A stretch of 63,894 nucleotides of DNA, the filler included, from Candidatus Tectimicrobiota bacterium (GTDB lineage Bacteria > JACPSX01), in the NCBI GenBank assembly GCA_016193065.1. It is 6 parts of 6 records of this genome, joined end to end, with 100 filler letters (N's around TTAATTAATTAA, not from the genome) between each part and the next. Parts side by side here need not be neighbours in the genome. Positions count along the whole stretch, not along the records: positions 28,937 to 46,293 come from JACPSX010000235.1; 5 more parts are not named here. One strand, given 5' to 3'. The position numbers and the translations under genes were made by a program. This document shows positions 31,161 to 40,488 of the stretch, piece by piece (position 1 is the stretch's first letter; every line of letters begins with the position of its first letter). A model generated the notes under the pieces. It was not told the origin of the DNA. It was given only the letters and a program-made list of their open reading frames with translations, and searched no databases.

Positions 31161-31883
31161 ATGAGCAGATATGTCATTGGATGTTGCTTATTTCTGGCGA
31201 TATCATTTGCTGGATGCGAATCTCAGGCTGATACGATAGCCCGCGAGATTGGAAACCTTGGTCACACAGACGCTGCCGTTCGCGCACAAGCAGCGAAGTA
31301 CCTCGGTTCTGTCAAGGCAACCCAGGCCATACCTGCCCTGATTAGAGCCTTGAATGACCGAGCCGAAGTGGAAATGAGAGGCCCCGTCAAACTTCTCAGG
31401 GGGGGCTATCCTAAGGTATACGTCCAGAATGTTGTTGCTATCGCTCTCTACGATATTGGACCCACAACCGTCGAACCGCTTTTTGCCGAACTTCAGCGAT
31501 CCAGAAGTTCATGGCTGAAAAGGGGAATAATCTTGTCTTTATGTTATATTATCAATAAACCTTGCCACGACACGCGAATACGTTCCCTGATATTGGATTC
31601 TGTAAGAAGCCAAAATAGCGATGTACGAGTAGTTTCAGCCAATAGATTAGGTGCAGCCTGGTTAGGGGCACAGTCATCGCAGGAACGAGAGTCAATAATA
31701 AACACCCTGAAAAGTGCGTTAACAGATTCAGATTGGTATGTCAGATCACATGCTGTCGAGTCTGCGGAAATCATTGGTTCTTCGGATGCAGTTTCGTTAT
31801 TGAAGACCAGGTTATCTGATGAACAAGACTCAGTTGTTAAGTCAAAAATCGAGAGTTCATTGAAGAAACTGCAAAAAAAATAG
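31161..31883 (+). CDS. HEAT-repeat lipoprotein (integron cassette 2)
   Basis: Lipobox FAGC; VRAQAAKYLG..AIPALIRALND and LTDSDWYVRSHAV repeats; AT-rich; begins right after attC. Confidence 0.82.
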   Translation: MSRYVIGCCLFLAISFAGCESQADTIAREIGNLGHTDAAVRAQAAKYLGSVKATQAIPALIRALNDRAEVEMRGPVKLLRGGYPKVYVQNVVAIALYDIGPTTVEPLFAELQRSRSSWLKRGIILSLCYIINKPCHDTRIRSLILDSVRSQNSDVRVVSANRLGAAWLGAQSSQERESIINTLKSALTDSDWYVRSHAVESAEIIGSSDAVSLLKTRLSDEQDSVVKSKIESSLKKLQKK

Positions 31884-31899
31884 CGTCGACCAATAAAGG

Positions 31900-32515
31900 T
31901 GTGATTTTTCAGGAGTATTCCCCCACTTTTAGCTGAGTTTTTCAGGAGCTTTCCGCCACCCCTTTTCAGGACCATTCCCCCACCCCCCGTGCGTCCCGAG
32001 TCGGGGATTCTCACCTCCCAGGAAAGGAGGTGGGCATGGCCTATCGGGAGATGGGGATGGTGGAGATTCGAGAAGTAGTCCGCCGCTGGATGGGGAGCCA
32101 GGGCAACCGCGCCATTGCCCGGGCCACGGGCATCGACCGGAAGACGGTGGCCAAGTACGTACGAGCGGCCCAAACCCTGGGCTTGTGTCGCGGGGGGCTG
32201 GCGGCGACCGACGAGCAGATCGCCGCCGTGCGACAGGCGGTGCTCTCGGCTCCCGAGCGCCCACCGAGCCCCGAGTCCCAAACACTGGAGCCCTATCGGG
32301 AACAGATCCGCGCCTGGTTGTCCCAGGATGGTCTGCGCTTGACCAAGATCTCCCGGCGGCTGAGGGCTCTGGGAGTCACCGTCTCCTACAGCACTCTCTA
32401 TCGCTTCGCCCGCGCTCACTGCGACTTTGGCAACCCCGCGATCACCGTGCGGGTGGCCGAGCCTCCGCCCGGGGAAGCCGCCGAGGCCGACTTTGGAGTG
32501 CTCGGGATGTGCGGA
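31900..32515 (+). mobile_element. IS21-family remnant: left end plus truncated istA (ATG 32036)
   Basis: Starts TGT; three TTTCAGGA..TTCC.CCAC sub-terminal repeats; MAYRE...[17 protein letters not shown]...PPGEAAEADFG. Confidence 0.85.
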
Positions 32516-32522
32516 AGAAAAA

Positions 32523-32677
32523 GGGGTCAGGCTTGCGTAATTGCCTTTTGATGTTTGAACAATGGTTTCGCCTCTAACTTGCCTGCGCTGTTGATGCGCT
32601 GCGATGCCCCCATCGCCCGACTCAGCGTTGAGACGTCCCGGTTGAACCGTCGGGCGACTTTCGTCAGCGGCGCCCGC
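32523..32677 (-). mobile_element. RAYT/IS200-like (Y1) transposase 3' remnant, copy 1
   Basis: LTKVARRFNRDVSTLSRA...AITQA* then CCCC; repeated at 36462 and 37326. Family assignment is from recalled similarity. Confidence 0.55.
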
Positions 32678-32920
32678 ATCGGTGTGTTCCCCACTCCTCC
32701 CTTCAGAGGCTGCTGACCGACCACTGACTGCACCTTCCTTGGGAGCCCTTCGCGTGATACAATCCCCACAATTTGACAGGCGGTTTCGTTCAACAGTATC
32801 TTTCCGGAGTCTCTGGCTGCAGGCTGCCAAGAGTCATTTCCGCGAGAGACTCCGGAAAGAAATTTGTTTGTTAGCAGTATCCAGTGATCCCGATCTCGCA
32901 CGACCAGAGAGGGCAAAGCA

Positions 32921-33805
32921 GTGACCGATCTCCCTGCAATCTCCTTTCTGCAATTGCGTCGACGGTTTTTTAGCGACGCCGGAGAACCCATCCCCTTCGT
33001 CCTGCGCGACAAACGCAACACCCAGGATGATCCATTCGACGAATTCCTTGCGGTTGATGTACTTGCCAACCTTGCCGCGATCTCGTGCGCCAGGGCAAGC
33101 GGTCCGCTTATCACGCCGGATATGGTCCTGTACCGGCCGGATCGGTGTGCCGGATCGGTGCTCGGCGACCTTGCCGACGACCCGGACCGGATTGTTGGGA
33201 TCGAGGTGAAGAAGCTGGAACGGACGGCTCAAGGTGGTGTTGCCCGAGGGGCGGGCCTCGACTACAACACGACGCCGCCTTGCGGCCGAGTTCGCGTCTA
33301 CGATGTGGCAGGAAGGGCTGTGGACATACGGGGGTTCTACCTCTTCGTGTGCTTGGAGAAGGCCCCTGCTGGCGCCCAAGGCGTTGTGGTCACGGCGCTG
33401 TGTCTAGTGGATGGGAACACCCTGAACGAAGACTTCAACTTGTACCTCAGCATCACCGGCGAGCGGGAGAAGCGTATCGGGCTCGGCACCTACGGGGACG
33501 GTGCCGACCGGGCGCGGCCAATGCTGATCTTCGCCAATCCACTCGGTGCGGCTGAACTGGATCACTGTGCCACATTGATCCACCCCGACGCCAACCTCTC
33601 ACAGAGCACGCCTGACCTGCTGCTCGCGTACCGTCTCCACCGGTCCGTTCCGGGCGATGGCATCCGGACCTTCTACTGCTACCGGATTAGCTCCGATCTG
33701 CCCCAGGATTGGCGGGTCAGCGACCTCCGGGATCCGCTTCCCATGCCAACCCGAGAAGCTCGGACCCGTCCACGGGGCCGCTTCAAGCTTCCCTTCCGCC
33801 TATAG
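32921..33805 (+). CDS. Putative type II restriction endonuclease
   Basis: PD...GIEVKK PD-(D/E)xK pattern; convergent with and overlapping the MTase. Confidence 0.65.
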   Translation: MTDLPAISFLQLRRRFFSDAGEPIPFVLRDKRNTQDDPFDEFLAVDVLANLAAISCARASGPLITPDMVLYRPDRCAGSVLGDLADDPDRIVGIEVKKLERTAQGGVARGAGLDYNTTPPCGRVRVYDVAGRAVDIRGFYLFVCLEKAPAGAQGVVVTALCLVDGNTLNEDFNLYLSITGEREKRIGLGTYGDGADRARPMLIFANPLGAAELDHCATLIHPDANLSQSTPDLLLAYRLHRSVPGDGIRTFYCYRISSDLPQDWRVSDLRDPLPMPTREARTRPRGRFKLPFRL

Positions 33806-36308
33806 ACGCGGGCTCCAAGAGATCGAGCTGTACCGACCCAGGCTGCGGTGCCACAGGGCCTGGCAGGGCACATATCTCTTGCTCGCGCCATGTCTTTTCG
33901 ATAATTCCGCGAGTCCTGGGCAGGACAACCTCAAGGGCAGCACTCACCTCGTCCGCGGTCCGGCCTACGCTCATCTCCACGAGGAGCTGACTGAGTAGGA
34001 CCACTCGCACATCGTTGCGGGAGAGCTGGCGCCCCACCCCGTTGAATCGGCTGACCTTCTGACTGGTGCTTGCGACGGCGCGTTGCAGGGCTACGTTTTG
34101 CTCACTCCGGATGCGGTGATCTGAATTCCGCTTTCGGCAGACGAGAAGCACATCGAGGTCGATTGGCTCCTTCGCCTGACTCTTCGGAGCGGCTACTGAC
34201 ATCTCGGCCTTGACCGGCTGGCTCTGAACGATCGTGAACCCCGCGTCGCGAACGGCCCGCGCCAGGGCGGCCCACCCGTCCTCCCGCGAGTGGTGGTAGC
34301 TGAAGACGAGGAGACCTTCGTCCCGCAGCACGCGGTGGCACTCGGCAAAGACGCGCTTCAGCTTGTCCGCGAACGCATCGGCTTCCGTATCCTGGACTTC
34401 GGTGTTTCGCCGCGTCGTGGAAGCACCCTTCGAGCGACCGTCACCGAAGTAGAGCTGCTGCCACACGAAGAAGAAGTCGGCGAGTTCGGAGAAGTGGACG
34501 TTGTAAAAGAAGGGCGGGTCCGTGATCACGAGGTCAACGCTCCCGTCGGGAAGATCTGTGGCTGACGAGTCCCCGCAAGAGAGGTACGTGCTGCCAGGCT
34601 TCAGACCGCTTTTCGGACAGCGCTCGACGACAGGACCACCCATTGGCGGGCTGATACCCACGACCTTCCTGCCTGTCTTCCGTCGGCCCGCGTACTCCAC
34701 TGCGAGTTCAAAGGGGGCTTCACGGTAGTCGAGCGCGCGAAGCAGCCGAGACAAGTACAGCGTCGAGAAAGAGCCCGAGCTCTTCGGGGTACCCCATAGG
34801 TTGGCCTCGATGGGTGTTCGCTCCGGCTTCAAGATGTGATGCGAGAACATGTGCCGCACCGCGCCTGTGCCTTCCCCCTTATAGGACGCGAACATATTGT
34901 TAAACTCGAGTACGCCCGAGAATAGCACGGCAAGCGCTTCTCGGGCCGGGCCCTCCGGGAGATCCCGAATGGCACCAGCGAGCATCGACAGCGCAAGGAG
35001 CTGGCGCTCATTGAACAGCTCGTACCAGTTCCGATACCCGTAGTTCAGGATCTGGCGCGTGTTGTGCCCGTCGGCGATGGGTACCCTCGGGAGCGGCGGA
35101 TTGATGTTCCTCAGGCGCTCCCTTGCGGTATGGAACGCGGCCAAGTCGTCGTCGGTAACGCGATGGTACCCTTTGGTTCCGTCCTTCCGAAGGACCAGCT
35201 TTGCGTATAGTCTGTGATCTGGAGGCTTACCAGCGCTCCGCGCCGTTTTCGCGATCGGGAACTCGTGTCCACACGAGCGGCAGACGGCTGTGGTTCGCTT
35301 CGCGGGCCCCTCCTGGGGATTGAAGCGCGTGCCACACCGGCATATAGTCTCGGTATCGTCTTGTCGCCCCGAGAGCACATCGCTGCATTCTGGACAGGTG
35401 ATCTTGGCCCCCGGGTTCCGCTCTTTATACGCGTGTGTCGCGAATACATAGCTTGTGAAGAGATCCACACTTGCCCTGCAGTGAGGGCACGGAATGACTT
35501 TGACCCAGAAGAAGTACAGTACGTCGCATGGTTGTCCCTCCCCGTCGACGGAGCGATAAAGCTTCTTGATCTCCTTGCCGACGGTGGACTCAAGCTTGCA
35601 GTAGAGAGCGTGGACCTCCCGGCGGTCCACTGGACCGAGTGCGACCCGGACCGCACGGTACGCCACGGCGTTGATGTCTCGGCCGATGACAGTGCACCCG
35701 AGCTTCTGCGCCTCGCCGACAGTAGTCCCGCTGCCCATGAACGGGTCGAACACCACAACGCCTGGCAGGCGGACAGGTTCGTAGAAAAGGTCCGTGACCG
35801 ACGAACCCTTGGGGGCCGCCGCCCCGAGGATTGCCGCTCGGAAGACAGATCCAAGACGTTGCGCCCACCACTTGTGGACGTGGTAAATGGGCCTGTAGAT
35901 CTCCTTGCGCCAGCTCTCGACTTCGGCGATCTCACTGACCTCCTCGAAAGGGAAACCATCTTCGATCGCACGCTCGCCTTGCACGGCAAAGAGAGGCTTT
36001 CCGTAGGGCGCTCCGGGGTCAGCGGCGCACATCTCCGCAATTGTCCTCAGCGCGGCTGCCACCCGGTAGGGTTGCCTCACCACCATGGCTCGGATAGGTT
36101 CAGGAAGGCGCCCGGCAAGGAGCAGGATTTCGTCTTCTGGACACTCTAGAAACCTGGCGAGGCGGTGAATCAGTTGTTCCGAGGGAGGGACCTTGCCGGC
36201 TTCGACTCGGGACAAATAAGCGGGGTCGACACCTAGCTTCTGGGCAGCGAGGCGAAGAGAGATCCCTAGGGAAGTCCGTCGGTTCCGAATAAAAGTTCCA
36301 AAACTCAT
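33783..36308 (-). CDS. XRE-HTH-fused amino-DNA methyltransferase with Zn ribbons
   Basis: N-terminal HTH (SLRLAAQKLGVDPAYLSRVEAG); HKWWAQRLGS; FDPFMGSGTT; CxxC pairs; TDPPF. Confidence 0.9.
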   Translation of the reverse strand: MSFGTFIRNRRTSLGISLRLAAQKLGVDPAYLSRVEAGKVPPSEQLIHRLARFLECPEDEILLLAGRLPEPIRAMVVRQPYRVAAALRTIAEMCAADPGAPYGKPLFAVQGERAIEDGFPFEEVSEIAEVESWRKEIYRPIYHVHKWWAQRLGSVFRAAILGAAAPKGSSVTDLFYEPVRLPGVVVFDPFMGSGTTVGEAQKLGCTVIGRDINAVAYRAVRVALGPVDRREVHALYCKLESTVGKEIKKLYRSVDGEGQPCDVLYFFWVKVIPCPHCRASVDLFTSYVFATHAYKERNPGAKITCPECSDVLSGRQDDTETICRCGTRFNPQEGPAKRTTAVCRSCGHEFPIAKTARSAGKPPDHRLYAKLVLRKDGTKGYHRVTDDDLAAFHTARERLRNINPPLPRVPIADGHNTRQILNYGYRNWYELFNERQLLALSMLAGAIRDLPEGPAREALAVLFSGVLEFNNMFASYKGEGTGAVRHMFSHHILKPERTPIEANLWGTPKSSGSFSTLYLSRLLRALDYREAPFELAVEYAGRRKTGRKVVGISPPMGGPVVERCPKSGLKPGSTYLSCGDSSATDLPDGSVDLVITDPPFFYNVHFSELADFFFVWQQLYFGDGRSKGASTTRRNTEVQDTEADAFADKLKRVFAECHRVLRDEGLLVFSYHHSREDGWAALARAVRDAGFTIVQSQPVKAEMSVAAPKSQAKEPIDLDVLLVCRKRNSDHRIRSEQNVALQRAVASTSQKVSRFNGVGRQLSRNDVRVVLLSQLLVEMSVGRTADEVSAALEVVLPRTRGIIEKTWREQEICALPGPVAPQPGSVQLDLLEPASIGGREA

Positions 36309-36315
36309 GTTCTAC

Positions 36316-36347
36316 ATCTTAGGATGTGTTGACTTATTCGTCAACAC
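36316..36347 (-). promoter_or_regulatory. Sigma70 promoter for leaderless MTase mRNA, overlapped by an operator inverted repeat
   Basis: TTGACG-17-TAAGAT-7-ATG; GTGTTGAC-N6-GTCAACAC at 36326-36347. Confidence 0.75.
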
Positions 36348-36437
36348 TTTTCTGTCAAACCGCTGTGAATGTATGCGAGACAGCATGATACGTCCAGAGT
36401 CTCTTTCGTTCAGCCGTCACGACAGGTATTAGCAGGA

Positions 36438-36840
36438 GGGGTCAGGAAGGGGTCACAGGAAGGGGTCAGGCTTGCGGAATTGCTTTGTGATGTTTGAAGA
36501 ATGGTTTCGCCTCTGGCCTGCCTGTGCGCCTGCCCGCGCGGACACGCAGGCGGGGACACGCAGACAGGCCCGCCCGCGCTGGCGATGCGCTGCAATGCCC
36601 CCACCGCCCGACTCAGCGTTGAGACGTCCCGGTTGAACCGTCGGGCGACTTCCGTCAGCGGCGCCGCACGGGTGCGCATTGTCAACCACCCGATCAAGGC
36701 GCGCGCCCGAGCCGCCTCGCGGCTTACCGCCCTCGCGAGACTCATCGCGCGGTTGCAGGTAATCCGTCCCTCCGGCGCGCAAGCGCGCATTGGGTCTGGC
36801 AGCTCAAGCCGCCGCCGCTCTCGGCACGAGATCATCATCT
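36438..36840 (-). mobile_element. RAYT-like transposase 3' remnant, copy 2, with triple GGGGTCA and a nested palindromic insert (~36515-36570)
   Basis: ARARALIGWL...LTEVARRFNRDVSTLSRAV; high identity to 32523-32677. Confidence 0.55.
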
Positions 36841-36888
36841 TGCATGTGAGGTGGGATTCGGGATATGCTATAAAAGGAAGATGATGCG

Positions 36889-37089
36889 ATGAAGATTGAG
36901 ATCGAGCGTGAAGACGACGGTCGATGGATTGCCGAGGTACCCGACCTGTCCGGGGTCATGGCATATGGAGAGACGCGTGAAGAGGCCATCGCGAAAGTCC
37001 AATCCCTTGCCCTGCGAGTGATCGCCGACCGCCTTGACCATGGCGAAGCTATTCCGCAGCTCGACGAACTCTTCACGGTACCCGCGTGA
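36889..37089 (+). CDS. hicB: HicB-family antitoxin
   Basis: IEREDDGRWIAEVPDLSGVMAYGETREEA. Confidence 0.9.
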   Translation: MKIEIEREDDGRWIAEVPDLSGVMAYGETREEAIAKVQSLALRVIADRLDHGEAIPQLDELFTVPA

Positions 37090-37302
37090 CCGAGTGGCCT
37101 TCAAGCAAAGCTCGGCGGGTGCTTGCCGCCCTTCTGCAAATTGGCTGGACCATCAAGCGTGATGGCCAAAGGGTCCCACCGGGTTCTCTCCCGCCCAGGG
37201 TGGCCGGACTATGTTTTCGCGTTTCACGATCGCGACGAGATCGGACCATGCATGCTCAGGCGAATTGCCAAGCGGACTGGACTGAAACCGGAAGATCTGT
37301 AG
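37086..37302 (+). pseudogene. hicA: HicA-family toxin, frameshifted at ~37165
   Basis: WPSSKARRVLAALLQIGWTIKR, then in another frame GSHRVLSRPGWPDYVFAFHD..EIG..ML.RIAKRTGLKPEDL*. Confidence 0.85.
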
Positions 37303-37325
37303 AGCAGGGGGCAAGCGGTCAAGTA

Positions 37326-37367
37326 GGGGTCCGGCTTGCGTAATTGCTTTTTGGTGTTTGAACAATG
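37326..37367 (-). repeat. RAYT-like remnant, copy 3 (42 bp)
   Basis: GGGGTCCGGCTTGCGTAATTGCTTTTTGGTGTTTGAACAATG matches 32523-32564. Confidence 0.7.
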
Positions 37368-37379
37368 AGAGGAGATTTC

Positions 37380-37796
37380 ATGGGATACGTGTTTGACCAG
37401 GAGACGCTGCCCAAGCTGGTGGCGGTGGTTCCCGGGCGGGAGCGCATCTTCTTCGTGAGCCCGGAGCTGGCCGGACATGACGCTTTCCTGTCCGGAGTCC
37501 TCCGGTACAAGGACGGCCGCTCGCCGTACCATTATCACTCAGGATGCGAGCACTTCTATTTGCTCTTGCAGGGGGAGGCGACCCTGGTCACCGAGAGCGG
37601 ACAGCAGCATGTGCGGGCGGGTCATCTGGTGTTTATTCCGGAGGAGAAGAAGCACCAGCTCGTGGCGGAAGGCTCCGACCCTCTGGTGTTCATGGAGTTC
37701 CAGGCCCCGAACCGTTTCAAGACCACGATCCTGGAGGGGGACGCGGACGACCTGCGCTGGTTCCGGGCGGACGGCAGCGTGTGGAATCAAAAGTAA
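37380..37796 (+). CDS. Cupin-domain protein
   Basis: HYHSGCEHFYLLLQGE...GHLVFIPEEKKH. Confidence 0.85.
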   Translation: MGYVFDQETLPKLVAVVPGRERIFFVSPELAGHDAFLSGVLRYKDGRSPYHYHSGCEHFYLLLQGEATLVTESGQQHVRAGHLVFIPEEKKHQLVAEGSDPLVFMEFQAPNRFKTTILEGDADDLRWFRADGSVWNQK

Positions 37797-37818
37797 GGAA
37801 AGATTGCGGAGGGTTACC

Positions 37819-38151
37819 ATGATCACCGTGGTGGATATCAACGGAGTTCCCCCTGTGCGCGAAGGCGGTGCCGAGGTCTCCCGCTTCTTGAATCACCAGA
37901 CCGTGGGGGCTCGTAGCGTAGAGGGGATGGCTTACAGACTGGGACCGAACGGTTCGGCGGGCCCCTTTGTGGAGGCGGCCGGATACCAACTCTTTTATGT
38001 GACGGCGGGCCAGCCGGTGGCCGTGTATCAGGGGAAATGCCATGAACTCGGGCCGGGTCGCGGTGTCTACTGCGAGCCGGGAGAATCCTGCGTCTTCGAG
38101 AACCCTGCTGGTGAGCCCGCGGCGTTCTACCGCTTCATCGTCCCTGCCTAA
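37819..38151 (+). CDS. Cupin-like protein lacking metal His residues
   Basis: YQLFYVTAG...LGPGRGVYCEPGE..FEN; RBS GAGG. Confidence 0.65.
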   Translation: MITVVDINGVPPVREGGAEVSRFLNHQTVGARSVEGMAYRLGPNGSAGPFVEAAGYQLFYVTAGQPVAVYQGKCHELGPGRGVYCEPGESCVFENPAGEPAAFYRFIVPA

Positions 38152-38207
38152 TCCCGCCGGCTTAGAGCATTTCCGGACCGGTTTTACCTGCGATAAAGTT
38201 GCCGTCG

Positions 38208-38394
38208 TCACGCAAAGTCCTTCTTGCGCTCCTTCAGGAGCTTCCCGGCCAGAGAGGGCTTTTTCGGGAGGAATCCGGCTGCGGCTCCGATGGGGTCCTC
38301 CGCGGGTGGGATCAAGTGGATGATGCCCCCGTATTCAAGGAGTTGGATCTCCGAGCCGGGCTTGATGTGGTACTTCTTGCGGAGCTTTGCCGGA
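38208..38394 (-). pseudogene. AbrB/MazE-type antitoxin, 5' disrupted
   Basis: PAKLRKKYHIKPGSEIQLLEYGGIIHLIP without a proper start. Confidence 0.65.
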
Positions 38395-38537
38395 TGAGCC
38401 AAGCACCGAACATGAAACCCATGAGCTGGACCACGGTCAGGTGCCGGGTGATCCGGCGTGACGGCTCAGAGCCAGCTTTGGGCACAGTTTGGCATCCGGT
38501 CCATGGCCTTTCGAGAATTAGCTGGGAGAGGGTGAGC

Positions 38538-38565
38538 TTGACATCTGCTGGCCTATAATTATAAT
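38538..38565 (+). promoter_or_regulatory. Sigma70 promoter of the abiE operon
   Basis: TTGACA-16-TATAAT. Confidence 0.7.
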
Positions 38566-38599
38566 TCGTGTAACGATAGTATCACTTGGAGATACCTTC

Positions 38600-39427
38600 A
38601 TGGCACGAAATATAACTAGTCTTGGCGCCAAGGAAAGCGACTTTCTGACCAGTCTTGCTGCAAAGGGTAAGACAATCTTTACCGGGCGGGAAGTCCGAGA
38701 ATTGCTAGGTCTTTCATCCACTCCGAAACTCTTACTTTCCCGATTGGAGCGAAAGGGGTGGGTCAAGCGGTTGGAGAGAGACCGCTACCTCTTGGTTCCC
38801 CTGGAAGCGGGACCCGAGCGTCTCTGGTCGGAGGACGCTACGCTGGTCGCGATGGCCTTGGCACCGGAAGGGGCCCTGGCTTACTGGTCAGCTATCCGCC
38901 ATTGGGGGTGGACCGATCAACTTCCGCGCACCGTTTTCGTTCAGATGATGCGGCGTCGGGCCAACTCGATCGTTGAGGCCCTCGGGGTGACCTATCGTTT
39001 CGTCACGGTCCGGCCGATCCGGTTCTTCGGGGTTATCGAGGAGCGAGCCGATCATCGGACCTTCCGGGTCACCGATCGGGAAAAGACAGTGATTGATATT
39101 CTCGACCGGATCGACCTTTCCGGAGGGTCGGGACAGGTCATCCAGACCTTAGAGGAAGCTGTGGAAGAACTGCGTTGGGATAGGCTGGATGGCTACCTTC
39201 GCAGGTTCAGGAGCAGGACTGTACCGAAACGCCTGGGCTTCCTGGTAGAAGCCCTTCCCCTGAAGGTTCCCGACCGGGAACATCGACTGGCGGAATGGCA
39301 GAGGCTTATCGGTCGTGGGATCAGTCTTCTTGATCCGGGGGGCCCGGCACTCGGACCTATCATCACCCGATGGCGGGTGCGAGTGAATGTCCACGGGTTG
39401 ATTCCAGAGTCCTTCACGTCCTTATGA
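38600..39427 (+). CDS. AbiEi-family type IV antitoxin / regulator
   Basis: wHTH LSRLERKGWVKRLERDRY; AYWSAIRHWGWTDQLP; VTDREKTVID. Confidence 0.88.
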   Translation: MARNITSLGAKESDFLTSLAAKGKTIFTGREVRELLGLSSTPKLLLSRLERKGWVKRLERDRYLLVPLEAGPERLWSEDATLVAMALAPEGALAYWSAIRHWGWTDQLPRTVFVQMMRRRANSIVEALGVTYRFVTVRPIRFFGVIEERADHRTFRVTDREKTVIDILDRIDLSGGSGQVIQTLEEAVEELRWDRLDGYLRRFRSRTVPKRLGFLVEALPLKVPDREHRLAEWQRLIGRGISLLDPGGPALGPIITRWRVRVNVHGLIPESFTSL

Positions 39428-40281
39428 TCCCCGATAGTGAGATCCGTCAGCGTGCTCGAAGTGATGATGTGGAGCCGGTCATCGTGGAGCGGGATTATGT
39501 GCTCGGGTGGGTTCTGGCAGGTTGTTTCCGACCGGAGATAGAAAAAGGATTATGGTTCTTTAAGGGAGGCACCTGCCTCAAGAAGTGCTATTTTCCGGAC
39601 TATCGGTTTTCACAAGACCTTGATTTCACTCTGACGACGCCGCTGGCCTCATCGGAAGTTGAAGGGATACTTGACGAAGCGATGCGATGGGCTGAAGAAG
39701 CTTCGGGCATTCGGTTCAGCGAGCGGCCCATTCGCCACCAAGTCGTTTTCGAAGGGACACAGCAGGAGACTCACCGCTTTAAGGTTTATTACCGAGGCCC
39801 CCACAGACAGGTAGGGGACCAGCCGTCAATCAAGCTGGACTTGACGCTCAATGAGCGAGTCCTGATTCCTGCAGTGGAACGCCCTCTGGTTCACCCATAT
39901 TCTGACCAGGAAATCCAAGGATCCATCGCTATCCGTTCGTATACCCTTGAGGAAGTATTGGCAGAGAAGATCCGGGCAGTGAGTGGGCAGCGCCGCTACG
40001 CGCTTTCTCGAGATCTGTTCGACATTCACCAACTGATCCGGAGGGGGGCCGACATAATTCGAGTTGCTCGGATTCTGCGGGAAAAGTGCGCGCTCAAGGG
40101 AGTTCCTGTTGAAGCAGTCTCGGCGAAAACTCTTTCACAGAGAAAGGAGTCGTTTCATCGGGACTGGGAGACCAACCTTTTCCACCTCCTGCCTCTCCAT
40201 CTTCGTGTCCCCTTTGAGGAAAGTTGGGATGAGGCCACCGCAGGGGTTGAGTCGGTTCGCCGAGAACTCAACGCACCATGA
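39424..40281 (+). CDS. AbiEii-family nucleotidyltransferase toxin
   Basis: ERDY, FKGGTCLKKCY, YRFSQDLDF, EKIRA, RDLFD. Confidence 0.92.
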   Translation: MIPDSEIRQRARSDDVEPVIVERDYVLGWVLAGCFRPEIEKGLWFFKGGTCLKKCYFPDYRFSQDLDFTLTTPLASSEVEGILDEAMRWAEEASGIRFSERPIRHQVVFEGTQQETHRFKVYYRGPHRQVGDQPSIKLDLTLNERVLIPAVERPLVHPYSDQEIQGSIAIRSYTLEEVLAEKIRAVSGQRRYALSRDLFDIHQLIRRGADIIRVARILREKCALKGVPVEAVSAKTLSQRKESFHRDWETNLFHLLPLHLRVPFEESWDEATAGVESVRRELNAP

Positions 40282-40488
40282 ACTGTCTTTATTCCTGTCC
40301 CACACCCGCGTCGGGATGAGTTTCGGGAGGTGCAGAGGGGTGTACGCGGAAGGACCGGGAGCAAGGGGCCAAAGGCGGAAAGTGAAAGGTAAGACCTGGG
40401 GGCGGGAGGCTCAATTCGCCGGTGATCTTTGGGCTCGCTCATGGCATAATAGGTTAAAATAACTACATTAGACCGATAAGGAGGGAAA

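Noticed and set aside
31544-32830. 428-aa minus-strand ORF
   Set aside because: Antisense shadow across istA, the IS end and the HEAT cassette; the same applies to many GC-rich shadow ORFs in the track.
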